This document shows positions 11,337 through 20,040 of a stretch of 64,000 nucleotides of DNA, piece after piece. The notes under the pieces were generated by a model. That model saw only the letters and a list, made by a program, of their open reading frames with translations. It did not search any database and was not told the origin of the DNA. Every line of letters begins with the position of its first letter. Positions within the stretch are counted from its first letter, which is position 1. The position numbers and the translations under genes were made by a program. Origin of the DNA: Dehalococcoidia bacterium (GTDB taxonomy: Bacteria > Chloroflexota > Dehalococcoidia > SM23-28-2 > RBG-16-64-32); the NCBI GenBank assembly GCA_963665775.2, contig CAXXTF010000001.1, positions 384,001 to 448,000 on the forward strand, in the 5' to 3' direction.

Positions 11337-11831
11337 GTGACCAGTCACCAGCACATCGTCGCCGCCCTGGTGGAGCGGGGAGAAGAGATCCTGCTGGTGC
11401 AGCACCAGGCCCCCCGGGACCCGGCTCCGGCCTGGGCTTTACCAGGCGGGGTGGTGGAGGAAGGGGAGACCTTGCTGGAGGCGCTACGGCGAGAGCTGCG
11501 TGAGGAGGCTGACATCGAGGAGGAGGCTGTGGGACCGCTCCTGTACGTTTGCGAGGTACAAGATGAGGAAGCGGCGACTTGGGCGCTGACCTTCGTATTT
11601 CGGATCGATCGCTGGTCTGGCGAGCCTAAGGCCACGGGTCGCGATGAGTTCGTTCTCGAGGCGCGGATGTTTCCCCGGCAGGAAGTGTCTGGGAAACTGG
11701 CTTCTCTCCCTGAGCGGCTCCGATTCATGCGGGAGCCGGTGGTCGAATGGCTCCAGGGCGGCTTCGATTCAGCCCGTCTCTACTGTTACAAGGTTCGACA
11801 GGGAACAGTCATGAGGCTGTACCGGCCATGA
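11337..11831 (+). CDS. NUDIX hydrolase
   Basis: Nudix box PGGVVEEGETLLEALRRELREEA; SD AAGGAG. Confidence 0.88.
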   Translation: MTSHQHIVAALVERGEEILLVQHQAPRDPAPAWALPGGVVEEGETLLEALRRELREEADIEEEAVGPLLYVCEVQDEEAATWALTFVFRIDRWSGEPKATGRDEFVLEARMFPRQEVSGKLASLPERLRFMREPVVEWLQGGFDSARLYCYKVRQGTVMRLYRP

Positions 11832-12361
11832 CCTCGCTTTTGGAAGAGTTCCAGCAGGTGGGCCGCCTGCTCTGGGAGGCCGGTCTCGTCTCCTCGCACG
11901 GCGGTAACCTGAGCCGCCGACTGCCGGACGGAGGCATCCTGATCAGCCGCCACAGCGCCATGCTGGGCCGCATTCGGGAGGGCGATCTGGTGGCTGTGGC
12001 CGCCGACGGCTCGGCGGAGGGCGACCCTTCCGTGGATACGGCCCTCCATCTGTCGATCTACCGGCAGCAGCCCCAGGCTCAGGCCGTGGCGCACGCCCAC
12101 CCGCGCCACGCCATCGCCCTCTCCCTCGCCGGCTCGGCCATCGAGCCGCTGGACCTGGAGGGGAATCACCACCTGGGGAGCCTGGTACCTGTGGTCCCTG
12201 TCGACGAGCTGGCCGCCTCTCTTGAGCGGTACCTCATCGCCGTCACCACCGGCCACGGCAGCTACGCCCGTGGCGAAAGCCTGTGGCAGGCGCTACAGTG
12301 GACCAGCATCCTGGAGGAGAGCGCCCAGGTAGTCTGGCTGCTAAAGGGGCTCCGTTCCTAA
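11828..12361 (+). CDS. Class II aldolase/adducin family protein
   Basis: GGNLS, PSVD..LH, HAHP, GHG metal-binding motifs; ATGA overlap with the NUDIX gene. Confidence 0.85.
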   Translation: MTSLLEEFQQVGRLLWEAGLVSSHGGNLSRRLPDGGILISRHSAMLGRIREGDLVAVAADGSAEGDPSVDTALHLSIYRQQPQAQAVAHAHPRHAIALSLAGSAIEPLDLEGNHHLGSLVPVVPVDELAASLERYLIAVTTGHGSYARGESLWQALQWTSILEESAQVVWLLKGLRS

Positions 12362-12834
12362 AGGCCGCTCGCTCCGCCTGCCGCGGATGGCGAGGGGCCA
12401 GTTGGCGCCGGCCTCGTCTGGAATAAGTGGAGAAAGACCAGGAGGCCCAGCGCCGCCGCCACGCCGATCGGGGCGGCCACGCTCTCGAAGCTGAAGTCGC
12501 CGGCACTCCAGTGGTAGACGTTGGCCAGGATCGCCACGCCCTGTTCGACGAGGGCCAGCCAGAACACGGGATGGTACCGCTTCGGGTCTCGGGCGGCGTA
12601 CAGGTAGAGGATGGCCAGTGGGATCGCCTCCCAGCTCAGGGAGCGGCCGCCCAGCGCTCCGTCCAGCTCCCGGCCGTGGAGGTCGACAAACAGGCCGCTA
12701 GAGGTGAAGAACTCCGTGAGGGCGCCGATGATGGCCCATACCGCCAGGAGGATCAGCAAGAAGCGGGGCTGCCGGATGGCCTTGAGGAAAGAGTTCTCAG
12801 CCGGGATTGGGGGAGCCTGCGGGCTTTCAGCCAT
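12358..12834 (-). CDS. Hypothetical membrane protein (about 4 TM)
   Basis: Hydrophobic helices; SD AGGAGG. Confidence 0.7.
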   Translation of the reverse strand: MAESPQAPPIPAENSFLKAIRQPRFLLILLAVWAIIGALTEFFTSSGLFVDLHGRELDGALGGRSLSWEAIPLAILYLYAARDPKRYHPVFWLALVEQGVAILANVYHWSAGDFSFESVAAPIGVAAALGLLVFLHLFQTRPAPTGPSPSAAGGASGL

Positions 12835-12846
12835 TCGATACCTCCT

Positions 12847-13215
12847 TTAGCCGACGCCTAGCTCCTGCAGACGGTCCTCGTCGATCCCCATATAGTGGCC
12901 GATCTCGTGGAGGAGCGTCTGCTGCACCTGGGACACCATCTCGGCCTCGTCGTGGCAGTAGCGCTCGTGGGTTCGCTGGTAGATGAGGATGGTGTCCGGT
13001 AGGGTCATCGAGTAGTAATGGCCTCGCTGCGGTAGGGGCACCCCTACGTATAGACCGAGCAGCTCCTGCCCGTGCCGCAGCCCGGCCCGGCGCAGTTCGC
13101 CGCTGGTTGGTTGCCAGCGCACCTGAATGTCGATGTTGTCCAGCGCATCGCGGAAGCGGGGCGGTATCTGCTCCAGGGCCTGCAGTATGATGCGCTCGAA
13201 GTCGCGCTGCCGCAT
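12847..13215 (-). CDS. Zincin-like minimal metallopeptidase (DUF1025 type)
   Basis: LLGLYVGVPL, PDTILIY, LLHEIGHYMG. Confidence 0.85.
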   Translation of the reverse strand: MRQRDFERIILQALEQIPPRFRDALDNIDIQVRWQPTSGELRRAGLRHGQELLGLYVGVPLPQRGHYYSMTLPDTILIYQRTHERYCHDEAEMVSQVQQTLLHEIGHYMGIDEDRLQELGVG

Positions 13216-13219
13216 GGGG

Positions 13220-13657
13220 TCAGGCCTTGCGCTCCCACAGGGCGTGATAGCCGGTGCCGGTGATGGCGTTCTGGGTCTCGACGTGCTCTTGCTGGCAGAG
13301 CTCTCGCAGCACCGCTTCGGCGGAGTCGGCCAATTGGGGGTACCCCTCTTCCGCTAGACGACGCTGGATCCGCTCGAACACCCCGCTATCCTTGAGGGAG
13401 CTGGCGTACTTTGGCCACCAGATAGCGGTGATCCTTTCCGGGACCTTGAACCGAGGCCTGAGCTGCTTGAGCGCCCTGAAACGATGCTCAAGCGAGGTGG
13501 CGCGAGGGATCGTCGTGAGGAGGGGGCTATCCGATTCCGTGTGGCGGGTGTCGAACAGCAGGCGCGGTGAGACGGTGACAAAGCGGAAGGTGATCACCTC
13601 CGCTTTAGCGATGACCTCGAACACGGCCTCTAGGTCGATGGCGTAGTCTGTGTCCAT
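13220..13657 (-). CDS. Hypothetical protein
   Basis: Globular-looking ORF, first gene of a 3-gene minus-strand unit with TGCTAAAAT upstream. Confidence 0.7.
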   Translation of the reverse strand: MDTDYAIDLEAVFEVIAKAEVITFRFVTVSPRLLFDTRHTESDSPLLTTIPRATSLEHRFRALKQLRPRFKVPERITAIWWPKYASSLKDSGVFERIQRRLAEEGYPQLADSAEAVLRELCQQEHVETQNAITGTGYHALWERKA

Positions 13658-13738
13658 GTTAGAGCAGAAAAGCGACGTCCGTCCGCGCACATTTTAGCAG
13701 GTGTGCGCAGGCGCGGCTATGGAGAGGCTACGGCTCCT

Positions 13739-15907
13739 CTACGGCGCGGCGCTAACGGCGGCCCCGTTCAGGTATGACTCCAGGATGCCCCGCACGATGG
13801 GGCCGGCCTCTCGGGAGCCCGATTCTCCCTCCTCCAGGGCGACCAACGCCACGATGGAGGGGGCCGCCCGGTTGGCGTAGGCCACGAAGAAGACGTGGTT
13901 GGCGCCGAAGGGCAGGTCCTCGGCCGTGCCGGACTTGCCGGCGGCGTCCAGGTTGGAGCCCGCGAACACCGAGTAGGAGGTGCCGCCCGGGTTCTGCGTC
14001 ACCATGGTCAGCCCCTGGCGGATGGCGGCCAGGGTGGCCCCCGAGACGGGCAGGGGGTTGATCTCCTCCGCCGTGAACCCCTGGGCGGCAGAGGTGCCGG
14101 GCTCGGCCGTCCTTATGATCAGCAGCGGCGTACGCAGCACCCCGTCGCCCGCGATGGCCGAATAGACGTTGGCGATCTGCAACGGCGTCGCGGCCAGGAA
14201 CCCCTGGCCGATCCCCATGTTCACGCTGTCCCCGCTGAACCAGGGCTCGCCCTTCACCTCCTCTTTCCACTGGGGTCCGGGAGCCACACCGGGGGCCTCG
14301 TCCAGGGCAGCGATGCCTGTCGGCTGCCCGAACCCGAAGGCCCGCGCGAATCGGGGCAGGGCCGCGTCGTCGATGTGGTCCAGGGCTAGAGCCATCTCGT
14401 AGAACACGGGGTTACAGGAGGCCATCAGCCCCTCGGCGGGTGTCAGAAAGCCTCGGTCCACCGTCTGCCAGTTATTCTTGGGGAAGTCCGGGCCCAACCC
14501 CGTCCAGACGGGCGTGCAGTGGATAGTGGAGCTGGTGCTGAAGCCGCCCTCTTCCAGGCCTGCGGCCAAGGTCACAACCTTGAAGGTGGAGCCGGGCGGG
14601 TAGGTGGCCAGTAGCGGCCGGTGCAGGAAGGGCTTTCGCTCGTCGTCGATGAGGTCGTTGAACTCCTTAACCGTCAGCCCCCTGATGAAAGCGTTGGGGT
14701 CGAAGCGGGGGTAGGAGGCGAGCGCCAGCACCGAGTTGTCCCGCGGGTCCATTACAACCACCGAACCCACTCTCTCTCCCAGGAGGGTCTCCGCGGCCCT
14801 CTGCAGGTTGACGTCGATGGACAGATAGATGTCCTTCCCCGGCTTGGCCGCCTTCTCGGCGATGATCCTGCCGACGGTTCCCTCGGGGGTGACGGTGGCC
14901 AGGGTGCCGCCACGCTCCCCGGCCAGCAGCGCTTGGGACCGGCCCTCCAGCCCGAACGCCCCGACCAGATCGCCGGGTTCGTAGCCTTCGGCACGCAGTT
15001 CATCCAGCTGGTCTGCTGTCACCTCCGCCAGGTATCCGACCAGGTGCGCTGCCAACGACCCCTGCGGATAGAGCCGCAGGCTGTCTTCCTGCACCACCAC
15101 GCCCAGATTTATCAGGTCGCGTAGTTTCTGCACCTCGGCCGGGGACGTCTCGTAGGGGAGCGTCTCAATGGGGATGAAGTAGTAAGACGGGAGATCGGTC
15201 TCCACCTGGGCCCGCACCTCGCTCTCGGGAAGGCTCAAGACCGTCGCCAGGACAGAGATGGTCGCCTCCGGGTCCGTGATCAGGTCGGGAACGATGCCTA
15301 CCACCGCCACCTCGGCGTCGAACGCCAGCTTCTCACCGCTGCGGTCAAGGATACTGCCCCGACGCGGCACTTTGGCGAAGAGGTGGATCAGCGAGCGGTC
15401 GTCCAGCTCGGCGAAGATCAGGGAAGGGCTCCACTGCAGGCGCCACTCCTGGCGGCTCTCCGCCGCCTCCCCTGGTGATGCCGCCAAAGTTATCGTGTCC
15501 CTGACCAGAGGGAGCGTGTTCTCCTGTATGATGTCGCCGAAGAAGGAGGTATGGATCGTCACGGTGGCTGGCATCTCGCCACCTTCTTCGGAGACGAGCG
15601 CGCCCAGCTCGTAATCGATGCCGGTGATGGTGGCCTCCTCCGCGATCGCCTCGTAGCGGTCCACGAACTTCTCCCGGTCGGTCTCCTCCTGAGCCGATAC
15701 GGAGATGAGATCGTACATGGCGTCGTACTGCTTCGCTCGCCAGTGGGAGAGGAAGCGCTCGGCCGCCTCCTCCGGCGTGGTGGCGGGCTTGAGCGGTGTG
15801 GGGGAAGCCGTGGGCGTGAGGGAGGAAGATCCGCTGTTGCTGCTGCTGACGCTGCAGGCGGCAGCCAGGAGGGTGACGATGGTTAGGGATACCGCGATCC
15901 AGCGCAT
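13739..15907 (-). CDS. Class B penicillin-binding protein (MecA_N/NTF2-like + dimerisation + transpeptidase), lipoprotein
   Basis: Lipobox LAAAC after ATG 15907; RRGSILDR, LRLYPQG, GSTFK (SxxK), SCN (SxN), KSGT (KTG). Confidence 0.9.
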   Translation of the reverse strand: MRWIAVSLTIVTLLAAACSVSSSNSGSSSLTPTASPTPLKPATTPEEAAERFLSHWRAKQYDAMYDLISVSAQEETDREKFVDRYEAIAEEATITGIDYELGALVSEEGGEMPATVTIHTSFFGDIIQENTLPLVRDTITLAASPGEAAESRQEWRLQWSPSLIFAELDDRSLIHLFAKVPRRGSILDRSGEKLAFDAEVAVVGIVPDLITDPEATISVLATVLSLPESEVRAQVETDLPSYYFIPIETLPYETSPAEVQKLRDLINLGVVVQEDSLRLYPQGSLAAHLVGYLAEVTADQLDELRAEGYEPGDLVGAFGLEGRSQALLAGERGGTLATVTPEGTVGRIIAEKAAKPGKDIYLSIDVNLQRAAETLLGERVGSVVVMDPRDNSVLALASYPRFDPNAFIRGLTVKEFNDLIDDERKPFLHRPLLATYPPGSTFKVVTLAAGLEEGGFSTSSTIHCTPVWTGLGPDFPKNNWQTVDRGFLTPAEGLMASCNPVFYEMALALDHIDDAALPRFARAFGFGQPTGIAALDEAPGVAPGPQWKEEVKGEPWFSGDSVNMGIGQGFLAATPLQIANVYSAIAGDGVLRTPLLIIRTAEPGTSAAQGFTAEEINPLPVSGATLAAIRQGLTMVTQNPGGTSYSVFAGSNLDAAGKSGTAEDLPFGANHVFFVAYANRAAPSIVALVALEEGESGSREAGPIVRGILESYLNGAAVSAAP

Positions 15908-16018
15908 AACAACCGCGAGAGACGATACTATTCTAGCAGAATAACGCCGAAACCGCGTTTGGGGTGCGGCTCGTTTGCCTCTGTACCGCTGCGAGGTTAG
16001 CATTAGCGCGAGTAGTAA

Positions 16019-17284
16019 ATGGAAGAGATCACCGGCATTCTGTTTGACCTGTTCATTATCTTCGCCGCGGCCAAGGCGGCTGGCGAGCTCTTTCTCCGGT
16101 TGCGCCAGCCCCCCATTGTGGGCGAGGTGCTGGTGGGTGTGCTCATCGGGCCTCACGCCCTGGGGCTGATCGGATCGGCGGATGCCGCTCTCATCGCGCT
16201 GTTCGGCGGCGATGAGAAGGCAGCCGAGGAGGCCCTCATCGTAGTCCTCGATGTTATCGCTGAGCTGGGCGTCATCATCCTCCTCTTCTTCGTGGGGCTG
16301 GAGACCAGGCTGCGGGACCTTACGGAGGTGGGAGGGCGCGCCGCCCTGGTGGCCGTGCTGGGGATCATCTTCCCGTTTCTGTTAGGGTTTGCGTTCATCT
16401 GGGCCACGGGGCGGAGCAACGTGGAGGCGGCGTTCGTGGCCACGGCGATGGTGGCTACTAGCATCGGCATCACGGCTCGGGTGCTGGGCGACATCGGCGT
16501 CATCCGCAGCCGCGAGGCCCGGGTCATCCTGGGCGCGGCTGTGGTGGATGACATCCTGGCCCTCCTCCTGCTGGCCGTCGTCATCGGCTTCGGCGGCGAC
16601 GACCTCGATGCGGTAGAGCTAGGCCTTACTTTCGCCGCCGCCATCACCTTCGTCGTTTTCGCCGCCCTGGTGGGAACGCGGGTGATCAAGCAGTACAGTA
16701 TCCATCTTGAGCGGCTGAAGATGCGAAACTCACCCTTCCTTGTCGCTATGATCCTGATGCTGGGGCTCTCCGCCCTGGCCGGTCTCATCGGCCTGGCCGC
16801 CATCATCGGCGCCTTCCTGGCGGGCATGATGCTGGCCGAGGCGCGGGAGAGGTTCAACCTGGAGCAGCAGGCGCTGCCCGTGTACGAGTTTCTGGTGCCC
16901 TTCTTCTTCGTTATTATCGGTACAAAGGTCGATCCGGCGGCCTTCATAGACGTGGAGATTCTGGCCATCGCTCTGGGCGTCACCGCTCTAGCTGTCGTCG
17001 GCAAGCTCCTGGGTGGAGGTCTCGCTTCCAGGGGCCTGCCCCTGCGCTCCGCTGCCATCCTTGGCGTGGGAATGGTGCCGCGTGGCGAGGTGGGTCTGGT
17101 GGTGGCCAGCATCGGCAGCGGCATCGGCGTCATCACCGACGATATGTTCTCCGTTGTTGTCTTCATGAGCATCGCCACCACCATTCTGGCCCCGCCCGCC
17201 CTGGTGGCGCTCTACCGCAACTATCGTACTCCTGCCGAAGAGGCGGCGGCGGGCACAGCAGGTCCCGGCCTGCCGGATCTGTAA
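16019..17284 (+). CDS. Cation:proton antiporter (CPA2/KefB-like)
   Basis: LLFFVGLET, ATSIGIT, AVVDD, GMVPRGEVG; multiple TM helices. Confidence 0.9.
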   Translation: MEEITGILFDLFIIFAAAKAAGELFLRLRQPPIVGEVLVGVLIGPHALGLIGSADAALIALFGGDEKAAEEALIVVLDVIAELGVIILLFFVGLETRLRDLTEVGGRAALVAVLGIIFPFLLGFAFIWATGRSNVEAAFVATAMVATSIGITARVLGDIGVIRSREARVILGAAVVDDILALLLLAVVIGFGGDDLDAVELGLTFAAAITFVVFAALVGTRVIKQYSIHLERLKMRNSPFLVAMILMLGLSALAGLIGLAAIIGAFLAGMMLAEARERFNLEQQALPVYEFLVPFFFVIIGTKVDPAAFIDVEILAIALGVTALAVVGKLLGGGLASRGLPLRSAAILGVGMVPRGEVGLVVASIGSGIGVITDDMFSVVVFMSIATTILAPPALVALYRNYRTPAEEAAAGTAGPGLPDL

Positions 17285-17292
17285 CCGCGCCC

Positions 17293-18624
17293 ATGGCCGT
17301 CCAGCCGCAGGACATCCGACTCCTCAGCAACCCCCGTTTTAGACGCCTCCTGGAGTCGCGCGTCATCGGGCAGACTGCCCAGAACGCCCTGCTCTACGTC
17401 CTCCTCATCCTGGTGGTCACGAAGACCGACTCCAGCGTTCAGACCACCATCCTCCTCTTGGCCTTCACCATCCCCTCGATCGTCTTGGGCATCCCGGCCG
17501 GCGCCGTCGCCGATTTTCTGCCCAAGCGCTTCACGCTAACCGTCGTATACCTCTTGCGAGCCGCCATCGTCGCCGCCCTCATCTTCTATCGAGGCGATAT
17601 CTGGACCATATTCTTGCTCGCCGCCGCTCTCTCCACTGTGGGCCAGTTCTTCATGCCCGCCGAATCCGCCGCGGTGCCGGCCATCGTCCGGCGGGAGCAG
17701 CTTCCGGCTGCCAACGCTCTCATGGTGTTTGTTCTTATCCTGGGCCAGGTGGCGGGGATGGTGATCCTGGCACCTCTCCTCTTCAAGGTATTCGACGAGG
17801 TTGCTGTTTTCGCGGTGGTGATAGTGCTCTTCCTGGCGGCGACCTGGGTAGTGGCCCGGATCCCCGTGGGCCGGCCGCCCGCGGAAGCCAGGGATGCAAC
17901 GCCTAGTTCTACCGAGGGCATGCTGCAGGGATTCCGGATTCTCCGCACCAACCGGCATGCCTATCTGGCCGTGGTCTACCTGGTGACTGCCACTGCCCTG
18001 ACCAAGGTGCTGGTGATCCTGCTGCCCAAATACACCAGGGACGTGCTGGATATCGCTGCCGAGGACACGGTGTTCGTGGCGGCCCCCGCCGCTATCGGTG
18101 CCGTCTTGGGGTTGCTCCTGGCCCCGGCTTTGGCGCGGGCCAGCGGCTCCTGGCGGGTAGCGGCCCTTGGATTCGTTCTGTTCCTCCTGGGGATGGTCGG
18201 ATTGGGGTTGGTCGTCTACGTGCGTGCCTTCCTGGTAGCCAACCTCGACCTGGGCATCACCTTTGTCGAGGATCGCGCCGGGGTCTCCTCCGTCATTACC
18301 GCGGCCATGTTCCTGGCCATCCCCCTGGGGCTGGCCTTCAGCCTGGTCAGCGTGGGCACCCGCGCCGTCCTGAACGAGGCGACGCTACAGCAGGCCCAGG
18401 GGCGCGTCTTCGCCGTGCAGATGGCGGCGGGCGACTTCCTGTCGTTGCTGCCGCTGCTTGTCGTCGGCGCGGTGGCTGACCTGGCCGGGGTACGGGCGAC
18501 GCTTTTGGCCACAGCCATCGCGGCTCTCGCACTAACGGGATACCTGACCTTCTCTCGTCGCTTCGGCCCGCCTCCGCTGGCACCAGCGCCAGCGCCGCCG
18601 TTGGGCCGGCCTACCGGTGGCTGA
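17293..18624 (+). CDS. MFS transporter
   Basis: About 12 TM; GAVADFLPKR, FFMPAESA, QGRVFA. Confidence 0.85.
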   Translation: MAVQPQDIRLLSNPRFRRLLESRVIGQTAQNALLYVLLILVVTKTDSSVQTTILLLAFTIPSIVLGIPAGAVADFLPKRFTLTVVYLLRAAIVAALIFYRGDIWTIFLLAAALSTVGQFFMPAESAAVPAIVRREQLPAANALMVFVLILGQVAGMVILAPLLFKVFDEVAVFAVVIVLFLAATWVVARIPVGRPPAEARDATPSSTEGMLQGFRILRTNRHAYLAVVYLVTATALTKVLVILLPKYTRDVLDIAAEDTVFVAAPAAIGAVLGLLLAPALARASGSWRVAALGFVLFLLGMVGLGLVVYVRAFLVANLDLGITFVEDRAGVSSVITAAMFLAIPLGLAFSLVSVGTRAVLNEATLQQAQGRVFAVQMAAGDFLSLLPLLVVGAVADLAGVRATLLATAIAALALTGYLTFSRRFGPPPLAPAPAPPLGRPTGG

Positions 18625-18904
18625 GCCCCCGCTCTTCCGTTGCTCGGTCGCACGGCACCCCGTGGGGCTCCAGGCGCTCCAGCCACACGTCAACCGGGTC
18701 GGCGGCGAACAGTCGCTCCAGCAGACGGCCCAGTCTACCCCGCGGCGGTGCCGTGCTGGCTGTCTTCCAAGAGCCGGGGTAGGCTAGCTCCGGTCGGCCC
18801 AGGCATTTGGCCAGCGCCCGCCACTGCGCCTCGTCCTGGCAGGCCAGGGCCAGCCGGCCCATCCTACAGCGGTAGCGGCGGCGAACCGCCGAGGCCTTCG
18901 CCAA
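18611..18904 (-). CDS. Stand-alone small domain of a family III CoA-transferase
   Basis: YRCRMGRLALACQDEAQWRALAKCLGRPEL...WLERLEPHGVP aligns by eye with YPCAGDDQWVAIACEDDAQFAALCAVIGQPDL...ALQGAGVP of 23606..24823. Confidence 0.65.
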   Translation of the reverse strand: MAKASAVRRRYRCRMGRLALACQDEAQWRALAKCLGRPELAYPGSWKTASTAPPRGRLGRLLERLFAADPVDVWLERLEPHGVPCDRATEERGLSHR

Positions 18905-18938
18905 CCTATCTGGCCCCAGAGCTTGCGGCCATCCGAGT

Positions 18939-19066
18939 CACTCGTTTGTCATTCTGAGCGAAGCGAAGAATCTGGCACCCCGCTCGGGATAAACTCCGCG
19001 AAGAATCCAGGACAATGTCGTCAGACCCTTTGCTGCGCTCAGGGTGACAAACCTTGAATCATGTTC
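18939..19066. repeat. REP-like palindromic repeat cluster A
   Basis: TGTCATTCTGAGCGAAGCGAAGAATCT (18947-18973) and inverted partner AGACCCTTTGCTGCGCTCAGGGTGACA (19023-19049). Confidence 0.85.
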
Positions 19067-19176
19067 GCTGTCGTTGTGAACCTCGCTTCCTCTCGGGCAA
19101 CTGTAGAGTGCGGCGGCCCGTAGTATAACCGCCACTGGGAATGCCGCAAACCTATGCTATAATGCCCCCGCCAATT

Positions 19177-19851
19177 ATGGAATCACGGAGCGTGGACCGA
19201 GACGACCTTGAGGCCCGCCCGGCGGCGGCGCCGCTTCGCGTCCGCGTCGTCTCCGATTACATCTGACCCTGGTGCTACATCGGCCTGGTGCGGGCCGAAC
19301 GGTTGCAGGAGGAGTTCCAGGTAGAGATGGATGTCTGTGCCTACGATCTCCATCCCGGCCTACCTCCGGAGGGGCGGCCCCGCGAGGAGGCCTACCCTAG
19401 CCGTAAGTCGCCGGAGGGCTACTTCGACCGCCTTCGCCAGATGGCGGCTGAGGCCGGCATCAAGATGGAGCCGCCGCAGGTCATCGCCAACACCCGCAAG
19501 GCCCACGAGGCCACGGAGTTCGCCCGGGAGGGCAGCCGGTTGCAGGAGTTTCAGCGGGCCCTTTTCCGCTCGTACTGGGGGGAGGGCGAGAACATCGGCG
19601 ATGTCGGCGTCCTCTGCTGCGTCGCCGCGGGGTGCGGCCTCGACGCCGATGAGCTGCGCCGCGCCCTGGCCGAGGGACGCTACGCCGCCCGCATCGAGGA
19701 GCAGATCGCCTGGTCCCGGGCCGTCGGCATCTCCAGCGTGCCCACGTTCGTCATTAATGACACGTTCGCCGTCGTCGGTGCCCAGGACTACGACGCCTTC
19801 CGTGATATCGCCGGCCGCATCACCAGCGGCGAACTAAAGGCCGAGGGGTAG
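19177..19851 (+). CDS. DsbA/FrnE-family thiol-disulfide oxidoreductase, probable selenoprotein (UPWC)
   Basis: In-frame VVSDYI-TGA(19264-19266)-PWCYIG; downstream NTRKAH, GISSVPTF, GAQ; start ATG 19177 or GTG 19192 after TGCTATAAT. Confidence 0.88.
19267..19308 (+). promoter_or_regulatory. Bacterial SECIS-like hairpin
   Basis: Stem TCGGCCT/GGGCCGA with a GGTGC loop starting about 20 nt after the TGA. Confidence 0.6.
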
Positions 19852-19890
19852 CCAGCGGTGGAGCGGGATGACAGGAGCGCAAGCCGAAAG

Positions 19891-20009
19891 GAACACGGTT
19901 CGGAGTTTGTCGCCCTGAGCGCGGCGAAGGGCCCAGAATGGCCGGTACGCCCAGAATGACAGAGCAAAGGGCTCAGGATGACCGCTATACTCAGGATGAC
20001 AAACGAGTG
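19891..20009. repeat. REP-like palindromic repeat cluster B (inverted relative to cluster A)
   Basis: TTTGTCGCCCTGAGCGCGGCGAAGGG plus four partial C[CT]CAG[AG]ATG[AG]C units. Confidence 0.8.
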
Positions 20010-20040
20010 CCGGTGTCCCCCATCCCTATAAGGAGGCGAC

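Noticed and set aside
15908-16156. 83-codon N-terminal extension of the PBP ORF
   Set aside because: It overlaps the antiporter on the other strand. ATG 15907 gives a proper lipoprotein signal, and TGCTAGAAT lies just upstream of it.
19288-19851. 187-aa DsbA ORF as called in the track, or a pseudogene interpretation
   Set aside because: It lacks the active site. Sec readthrough of the TGA restores the conserved motif.
18939-20009. CRISPR array
   Set aside because: The repeats are inverted, degenerate and irregularly spaced, and there are no cas genes.
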